A stretch of 63,337 nt of DNA, counting the filler, from Bigelowiella natans CCMP2755 (lineage: Eukaryota; Protista; Cercozoa): the NCBI GenBank assembly GCA_000320545.1. It is 5 parts of 5 records of this genome, joined end to end, with 100 filler letters (N's around TTAATTAATTAA, not from the genome) between each part and the next. Parts side by side here need not be neighbours in the genome. Positions count along the whole stretch, not along the records: positions 30,333 to 55,384 come from ADNK01003050.1; positions 55,485 to 62,006 come from ADNK01002848.1; positions 62,107 to 63,337 come from ADNK01000844.1; 2 more parts are not named here. One strand, written 5' to 3'. Under the pieces are notes generated by a model that saw nothing but the letters and a program-made list of their open reading frames with translations, was not told the DNA's origin and did not search any database. Below, piece by piece: positions 54,797-63,337 of the stretch. The position numbers were made by a program, and so were the translations under genes. The first letter of the stretch is position 1. Every line of letters begins with the position of its first letter.

Positions 54797-55384
54797 CTTA
54801 CACATGAGACGGATGTGATGAAATGTTCAAATTTTTTCAATGGTCATCCCAATGTAGCTGTGCAATGCAGCGGCTACAGCGCTCAAGTTGCATCTGTTGG
54901 TTTCCTTGGTCACATGATGCATGCATGAAAATGCACGATGATCAGGTCTAGCATGGCGCGCTTCTCGCGCAGCAGCTCGACTTGTTTTTTCTGCGGGTGT
55001 GAGACGCGCAGTTTCGTCATTGCGATCCATGATCGCCGTCAGTTGTTTGTTGAATCCAAGTCTCTGTGAGCCGCACTTGCTGCATTGCAGAATGTGGTCC
55101 ATGCCAGCATGTCTTGCAATGTGTTGCACGCAGCGCACGTTGCCTCTGGTTTTGTGCGCTGCCCTCTGGACAGCACGAATGATCTGGATCCAAGATTGCC
55201 AGCGCCACAAATGGCGCGCATCCATGATGTGGCAATGCTTGGCAGCTTCAATGTGATCCCTGTTGTCTGCGAACCACGCATGAAGTCCAGTTTCTTCAAA
55301 TGCATGGCCTTGGTTCCCTCTTTTTTCCAGTTTTTTTCGAAATCAGATGCGGCGTTCCGCATGATCTTTTTGTTGTGTGCACTC
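54797..55384 (-). mobile_element. Degenerate 3' end of a probable non-LTR retrotransposon ORF (copy 2), truncated by the gap
   Basis: WMRAICGAGNLG...TCAACNTLQD, then a frameshift, then GMDHILQCSKC. This gives a CxxC...H...C knuckle like LINE ORF2 C-termini. It shares LTAIMDR and LHSYxxMTI with 19207-19520. Confidence 0.65.
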
Positions 55385-55484
55385 NNNNNNNNNNNNNNNN
55401 NNNNNNNNNNNNNNNNNNNNNNNNNNNNTTAATTAATTAANNNNNNNNNNNNNNNNNNNNNNNNNNNNNNNNNNNNNNNNNNNN
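55385..55484. other. Assembly gap with artificial TTAATTAATTAA spacer
   Basis: Same layout as the other gaps. Confidence 0.95.
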
Positions 55485-55589
55485 AACCCTTTCATCCTTC
55501 CCCCCCTCATCATCTTCTCCTCCTCCTCCTTATTCTCCTTCTTCTTCTTCTTCTTCTTCTATTTCTATTTATTCGTCTCTCTTCTCACT

Positions 55590-56308
55590 GCAGGCAGGAA
55601 AAGCCAACCGGAAGCTATCAGCCCTGCGCAAGCGCGTCCACCACTTACAGAATGAGATCAAAGGCGATCGAAACGAAGCTGGGTATGCAGCCATCGTCAA
55701 GGAGTAGCTGCAATAAAACCTGATTTTCCCTCCCTCCCTTCTCCTCCCCCGCTCCCCCCACCCCCCCTCCCACCCCTGCGAAGGCGCTGGTACCATGCGA
55801 GCATCGAGGAGGCGAAGAGGAAGCTGGCAAGTGTGCGGGAGCACACGATGACGCTCAAGCGCCAAGTGGATTCGAACCACGCGACAAAGCGATTTCTCGA
55901 TGAGACGGTAGCGACCGCATAGCAGTAGCAGCAGCCAGCAATAAGAACACCTTCTATCTCATGCTTTGATGATGGTGGTGATGATGATGATGATTGATGC
56001 AATTGCCACCGCGCTATTGCTTTTGTCTATTGCTGGGTTCCCTTCTTCGTCGTCGTCGTCATCATCACCCTGATCCTATTCTCATCAATCAGCTGGCCGC
56101 GAGTGAGCAGAGTCGTGTTAGCCTGCAGGAGGCCAACGCCGAGATCCTTAGAAAATCACGGGAAGAGATCAAGCAGAAAGAACAAGAGCTGCAGCGGGTG
56201 AGGGAGTATATAGATAGCGGCAATGATGAAGCAGTAAGGGTTGATGAGAGACGGTACCATCGAAAGGTCGCCAATGGATTTTTGCCCCTTGGGCTGCTCT
56301 TCGCGGAG

Positions 56309-56353
<45 letters not shown>

Positions 56354-56484
56354 TATATACATTAATGTAATATTATTTCATAATGTACACAAAGGCTGAG
56401 GAGACAAAAGTCGGGCAGCAGAAGAAGCTCGAGGAACTTAACTCACATCTTAAGATCTTGGTCAAGACTGCAAGGTGGTGGCGG

Positions 56485-56520
<36 letters not shown>

Positions 56521-56943
56521 CCAGCACCAGCATGTGTTGTTTCCCCACTTCTCTCCCTCTCCCTCCTCTCCTCCTCCTCCTCCTCCTCCTCTTCCCTCTC
56601 TCATGCTCACATTTGCATCGGTGAGGGCTTCAGTGCGAATACCCAACCAATGACCTTTACCGGCCGGTTACGATCATATACTGAGCATGAGCGCTTTTCT
56701 GCAGCGCTGAGAGGCTGCTTTCCCTATTCATTCTCCACACCACGCACGCAATGTGACCGTCGCATCGTCGTCGTCCTTATCACCATCATCATCATCATCA
56801 TCGTTATCATCATCGTCATCAGAACGCTCAAAGAGAACGTAAAGCAGCTCTCCGCCCAACGCGATCAATTGAAGGCCAGACTCAGGGTAATAGTAAGCTC
56901 GTATCAATCACCATTTTCTAGAAGAGGAAGAAGAAGAAGTTGA
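55590..56943 (+). CDS. 3' part of a coiled-coil protein, multi-exon
   Basis: Exons RKLSALRKRVHHLQNEIK / SIEEAKRKLASVREHTMTLKRQV / SRVSLQEANAEILRKSREEIKQKEQELQR / TLKENVKQLSAQRDQLKARL. Confidence 0.6.
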
Positions 56944-58417
56944 AGAAGAAGAAGAAGATAGCCGATTATATGGAAAAAATCGATACCCGCCTCTAGGTTT
57001 GATTCTGAACAATTCTCATATCGTATCATGCAGAAAATCATCGCGTAAGGCCAGCGGCGTTTGCTATGGAAGCAGGGCAGGGCAGGGCAGGGCAGGCACC
57101 TGCTACTCACCTCCACGGCGAACCATTTTCCAACAACCTCGTCATCATTGCAGGATGTGTTTCGGGTTCTATGCATTGGCTGTCTAGCTGATGATGACTG
57201 AATGGCATCAACGCTGTGTTGCAATCTAGTAATCAAGTCCGCCTCCTCAGCTTGTGCATGTACGTGCTCGACTGATAATGGATGCACTGAATAGACATGA
57301 TCACGAAGACAGCAGCAGAGCACCTGGCCTAGCTAGCAGCATTGATCATTGCATGAAAATCGATCTATGCGCTGTGTGTGCATGTTACGCATCAAGACGT
57401 ATATCCTCGTCCGTGCACGCTGCTATATGCAAATAATTGACGGCAGGAGCGCTATATATGGCGCTGCAATTACTGCATTTAGCTAGCTAGACCAGCTACA
57501 CATGTTATTAGTATGCATATGCTGACACGACTCCATCGTAGCCCATGCATGCTACTAACAACGGCAAGCTAGCAAGCTAGTGCGCAGTAGAGAACAACAA
57601 CCATCACTTATTCAGGGGAAGAGCAACAGCTAGATCGACAGCCTGCCATTATTATCATCATGGTTGCTAGCATGGCATGTTGTGTTACCGTGCATGCAAC
57701 GACTTCGAACACAATATATTTGTGACCACAATAATGTTAGGCGTAGATCATTCAGCTGTCCACCACACAACACAAGCTGATCATAGCTATGTGATATATC
57801 ATAACCTCACACTCACTACTGAGGCATTATCATCCTGTTAGAGATTCCTCGCTCTTTGCCGCTGGAAGTGATTTGATCCGAATCCGAGGGCGCCGTACAT
57901 CGGCGTCATATGTGAAGGAAACCCAACCAAAACAAAGCGCAGAAATATGACATGAGAAAGAGAGAATGAACACAGTCGCAAAACAGCTACAACTTCTTTT
58001 CTTCATTATCCACTTCGGTGAATCGAGAACCCATAGACAGAAAGCAGCAGAAAATGATCGGTAGTCATTTATAACGATAAATCATAGCGATAAAGAAGAG
58101 ATTTTCCATGCAAAAGCTCTCTTTTGCGCCGCGCATTGGCGTGCGTGCGGCACCTTTTATATTTCCCCCACGATTTTCTCCGGAGTGCTTTCCTCCTCAC
58201 TCGCGCCTTGTTCAAAGTGGACCTTAGCTCTCCCTCTGGCCCAGTTTCTCGCAGCGTCTGAGCACGGGGAAAGGGGGGGGACTTTCTCAGGAAGGAGAAG
58301 AGGAGTGGCGAAGTGTCGCACACGGTGTAGAACGAATATGTTATTTTTGCAGTAATTGAACGAGGGGGGGGGGGGGGGGAAAAAGGGAAAGGTTGTTTAG
58401 GGAATCGCTCTCATCAC

Positions 58418-58452
<35 letters not shown>

Positions 58453-58479
58453 CTCTTCTCCTTATATCACGGTAAGAAA

Positions 58480-59311
58480 TTAGTTATTGACCGTCGGGTC
58501 TTTGCCGTCTCCCCTTCTCACACTCGACGGGGCTAGCATGTCGTACAGGTACTGCTCGCTAGGGTCCTGACGAAGATGGAGAATAGTCAAGATGATGATG
58601 GCGCTGATGCTGATGACAAAACCATAACCCGAAGATATAAACAGTGAAATAAACGACGGCGACGATGCCCCGAACACGGGGTAAATACTAATAATATATG
58701 GGATGGCCTGCTGTACCCCAAAGGAAGGGATCTCGATGCGCTTTCCGGTCTCGCTCTCATATTCCTTCAACGCCTTTTTGAAATCAGCGCCGATCCTGTG
58801 TGTTACGGGGGGGGGGGGGCATGCTTGTCTTAACGCTGTCATCGGCCGGCATCCAAGCTCCGACGCGGTTTTCCCCTGGCCGTGCGTGTCGTTGGTGCGC
58901 ATGTGTGTGTGTGTCGTGGCATTATGCATTGCATATATTATTTGACTGAACCGTAAACAGCCGAAGAGGGGCCTAGACAAGCAACACACACACACGCGCG
59001 CGCGCGCGCGCACAGGGGCAGGCAAACCTCTCCACGCGGTCCTGGAGGGAGTTCTTGTCATCACGCACTAGCTTTAGGAATCGAACGGCCTCACTGCACA
59101 TGTTGGGGTTGATGAGCTTCTCCTCGCCGCTCGCATCCTTGAACAGCTTCTCGAGTCGCGCGTAAGTCGTGTTGGGGCTCAGGCCTTCCCAGCTCTCCCA
59201 CCCTCCCTCTTCCAACGGGGCGATAATCTCGGCCGCAATGGCCTTTTGTTACAGGTGGTGGTGGTGGATGTGAATGTAAGCTAAACATCACATATGTACA
59301 CGCTTTTCTCC

Positions 59312-59350
<39 letters not shown>

Positions 59351-59845
59351 GCAACAACCTAATCTCACATCTGTAAAACAATCGCGGAATATCAATCAAA
59401 GCACCACACAGCGCACCCCACCCCACCCACCTCCTTCATTCGGCCGTCCTCGCAATAAAATACGAGGTCTCGGAGCATCAGCCGCGCTAGCGCTTTGGGC
59501 GCGCCGCTGCTGTCGGGGGGGGGGCCATCCACCCCCTTGGGAGGGAAGAACATGTCGCGAAACTGCTGCCGTTGTAGCCTCAAGGCATCGTCAGCCTTTG
59601 TGATTAGCTGTTTGCATGATGGCGATGGTCGCAGGCCGACGGCAGCCATTTCGTCTAGCGTCCTCACAGCCAATACAGGCAGGTGCAGGAACAGGAGCCC
59701 GCGTGCGTACATCCTATTTGTTTTTGAGAGAGAGAAAGAGAGGAAAGGGGGGGGGGGAGGCAGATACGTTGATGAGATCATTTGTAGGTTCAGACGAAGT
59801 GGCTGGCGGAGACGGTCGCGCTGGAAGGTGATGTTGATGTGGAGA

Positions 59846-59879
<34 letters not shown>

Positions 59880-60662
59880 CGAAATATTGAATCCTCCCCC
59901 TTTTCTTTCTCCTCCTCCTCCTGCTTTTGTTGTTGTTGCTGCTGCGGTCGGGTGTGGTGGTATATTCACTACTCGTAGCTTTTCGCGTCGCGAACGGGGG
60001 CGCCAACGAGGGTCGGCTTGTTTTTGTACCTACGAGAAGTACAACGATGACACATCAATTACATATCATCATCATCATCATCATCATCCTCATCCTCATC
60101 ATTTTCACCATCATCATCATCACCATCATCATCATCGTCGTCGTCGCCATCGCTTGTTTGCAAATGAACTTCACACGAAGACGCAACCCATGCCCATGAT
60201 GCGCGCCAGTTAATAACAACAACAACAACAGCAGCAGCAGTAACGGCATTTCATTCATATCAGTGCTAACCCGAGTTGGGGCTCTCCAGCGATAGACTTT
60301 AGCACGTCATCGATCTTCGTTGCAGCCCTGTCCGGGGCCTCCTCGTACCTTGTGTAGGTGCCCGCGTTCATGGCTTCCCATACCGTCCGCAGCATTGTTG
60401 TCAGCTGATGAGAAGAAGAAGAAGAAGATGAGAAGAAGAAGAAGAAGAAGAGAGGAGGGGGGAATAAACAACACATGAGGGAACAGGCTGTTGGCAGCCA
60501 CCTCGCTATGCTACTTCTACGACTTCTACAACTACTACTACGACTACGACTACGACTGCCACTACTGCGAACAACGTGGTGGTTGGTGGAGGCCAGCAAT
60601 AAGGAGGAGGAAAAAGAGGAGGAGGAGGAAAAGGAGTGGGAGTACGAGAGTAAAAATTGACT

Positions 60663-60698
<36 letters not shown>

Positions 60699-61099
60699 AG
60701 GAAGAGGAGGATGAGTACAAGAATAGAGATTTCCTACACGCACACACACACACACACCCACACAGGCAGGCAGACAATATCACACCTTAAACGGCTCGCT
60801 CGTCTCCCTCGCCAACGTTCCGAGCAGCTCCAGCGCGAGGTTGTAGATTCGCGTCGAGTTGCGCAGACCCGCCCCCGCCCCGCTCTCCACAGCCTGCTGC
60901 CACGCCTGAAGAACGCCCTCGGGGGAGCGGGCCTTCATGTGCGCGATGAGGAGGGTGGAGAACCAGAGGTACGGATTGCGGTCGTAATCAGCCGGCCGCG
61001 TCAGCAGCATTGCTTCGATTCGCTCTGCTCGCCCCGTCGATGCGTACATCTGTTGTGTGTGTGTGTTTTTTAAATGTTATAGTTATTATTATTGTTGTT

Positions 61100-61132
<33 letters not shown>

Positions 61133-61980
61133 CATGCAGCGGCCAATAGCAGCAGAGACAGCGGCAAAGGGGGGAGGGGGGGGTGTATGGAGATAGAAAA
61201 GGGAGCGGGTAGATGTAAAAGTAAGCAGCGAAGTAGCGAGGGATGATCATTATGAGTTCTTGATTCACCAGACGATTTTCTCTATCTCTCTCTTTGTCTC
61301 TCTTTGTCTCTCTCTCTCTCTCTTTCTTTCCTCTCCCTCTCCCTCAACCATTCCTCTTAACTCACGTGAAGAAGCAGTTCGCGAGTTATTTGATTGGGCT
61401 TGAACCCCGCAGCCTCCATCTCGGCCACAGCAACGTCCGCCTTGTCATCGTGGTTTGCATAAGAAACAACAGCAGCAGTTATAGTAATAGTAGGAGCAGA
61501 TGTAGCCGTAAGAGGAGGAGGGAGGAGGGAGGAGGGAGGAGGGAGGAGTAGAGAAACAGTAGCAATGTTACAAAGTGAGAAGTATTGACCAGAATTGTTA
61601 CCGATGCAAACGAATGAAGCAATGCTACACGCAAAAAGATTGCATCTATTCGCATTCATGTTGGAGAAGGGGAGGGGTGGGGGGGGGGGTGGGGGGTGGG
61701 GGGGGAGTAGCAGGACCCCGGTGAGGTTCTGCATCTTTATGCATCCCCCAATAAGTCCGTTGAAGCTATCGATCGTCAACGTCGCTAATAACCAATAGCA
61801 CGAGCAATAACAGAAGAGGAGGGGGGGGGGGAATCGAGTCGCAGTCGATCAGAGGTTTGAATGTAGTAAAAGCACGGTAACTCTTCATTCTGGCTGTTAT
61901 CATCAACGTCTAGAAAGAAGTGCGCACCTTTTCGAGTCTTAAGGGCATCAAACGCTTTCGTCGCATTGCTGTAACTACGA
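58480..61980 (-). CDS. Pentatricopeptide-repeat (PPR)-like protein, multi-exon; 5' part probably beyond the gap
   Basis: PPR-like segments IDSFNGLIGGCIKMQNL, AVAEMEAAGFKPNQITRELLLH-MYASTGRAE, WFSTLLIAHMKARSPEGVLQAW, TRIYNLALELL and AVRTLDEMAAVGLRPS. Confidence 0.75.
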
Positions 61981-62006
61981 GGGGGGGGGGGGGGGGGGGG
62001 AAAGAT

Positions 62007-62106
62007 NNNNNNNNNNNNNNNNNNNNNNNNNNNNNNNNNNNNNNNNNNNNTTAATTAATTAANNNNNNNNNNNNNNNNNNNNNNNNNNNNNNNNNNNNNN
62101 NNNNNN
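62007..62106. other. Assembly gap with artificial TTAATTAATTAA spacer
   Basis: Same layout as the other gaps. Confidence 0.95.
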
Positions 62107-62396
62107 AGAGATATCATTCCTAGAAATAGAGAGTGAAGAGCCTACTTGGGTGCTCGGTGTATGCAGATACCCAATCCCTACGGAGATTGTGTCCCGTTCG
62201 CTCACTCTCTCTCTCACTCACTCACACACGGTTTGTGGGTGTGTATTCGCAGACACAGACACACACACACACACACACACACACAATTGTATCAAAATTC
62301 CAGCGGAAGCCTCTTTAATATATATTGATTTACATGTATTAACATGGCAATACAGATCGAGTATGTGTGAGCGACATGCACATCACACAACACACA

Positions 62397-62445
<49 letters not shown>

Positions 62446-62946
62446 CAAGGATAACTATGAAGATGGTGATGATGATGATGAACACCGCACACGCACCACT
62501 GCCAACAACTTCTTAGGACATTATTTCACAGCAGCTCGCATTCCGAAACCACCACCACCACCACCTTTTCAGTAGCAGGGGCGTCTGCAATGAGCCGCAC
62601 GCCGAGACGACAATCTGGTGAATAATGTTTCGATGTATTTCCATGCGTAGCAGATGCAATGCACACATCATAGAGCCCCTTGCAGTCGTGTTGTTGTTGT
62701 TGTCGTCGTCGTCGTCGCTACTGCCGTTGCTGCAGGAAAACTTCTCGTAGCAGCAAATACTACCAGCATTTAAAAGTATTACTGCTGCTACTACTACTAC
62801 TACCTACCTTCGCGTTGACTCTAACCGTCGTTTTGCCGTGGACAGTCCCCACAATCCCTCGAGCTCTGCGCAATAATGACGATGACGACGATGGTGGCGA
62901 AAGATCCCAGTGAGAACACGAGAGAGAGAGGGGGGCGGGGAAAGAA

Positions 62947-62988
<42 letters not shown>

Positions 62989-63076
62989 GGGAGCTTCTGT
63001 TGCTATTGATTTTAGGTGTTGTTTTGTTGTGTTGTGTTGTGTTGATGCTCTAATCATTCCCTCTTTTCTCCCATCA

Positions 63077-63121
<45 letters not shown>

Positions 63122-63337
63122 CGCGCGTGTGGCTGTGACCCCCAACAAGCCCTTCTCCCTACTACTATTGGTGCTGCTGTTGATTTGATTCCTCCCTGAA
63201 GAACGCACGTGTGGGAGTCGATGGCGACCCTATCCCCGCGGGAACTCCTGATGTATCTATCCTTTGTATCATGGGAAGGGGGTAGGAGGAGGAGGAAGAA
63301 GAAGAGACGCCTCACATTAAAAAACAAGCTCCCTGAC

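Overview
This is an intron-rich eukaryotic nuclear window, probably from a chlorarachniophyte or other rhizarian. That assignment is inferred from the divergent EFL gene and the intron style, not proven. Four N-gaps carry an artificial TTAATTAATTAA spacer. About 17 genes can be rebuilt by hand-splicing: an LRR/coiled-coil/Sfi1-like protein, POLD2, a PLAC8 Cys-rich protein, EFL, a small membrane protein, a papain-family cathepsin, a bacterial-type RNase M5, a DEP-PH-3xCNB-RGS signalling protein, a low-complexity protein, a UFD1-UIM-TRAF zinc finger protein, an EF-hand protein, a TTC27-like gene that seems to lack its C-terminus, a phage/bacterial-type Amidoligase_2, an RRM/RS protein, akirin, a coiled-coil protein and a PPR protein. 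There are also two decayed 3' ends of one non-LTR retroelement family. The most striking higher-order pattern is that gene orientation alternates almost strictly. Tail-to-tail spacers tend to be loaded with palindromic tetramers (CTAG/AGCT/CATG/TGCA), while head-to-head spacers are not. All exon structures and family calls come from reading motifs by eye, with no database search.
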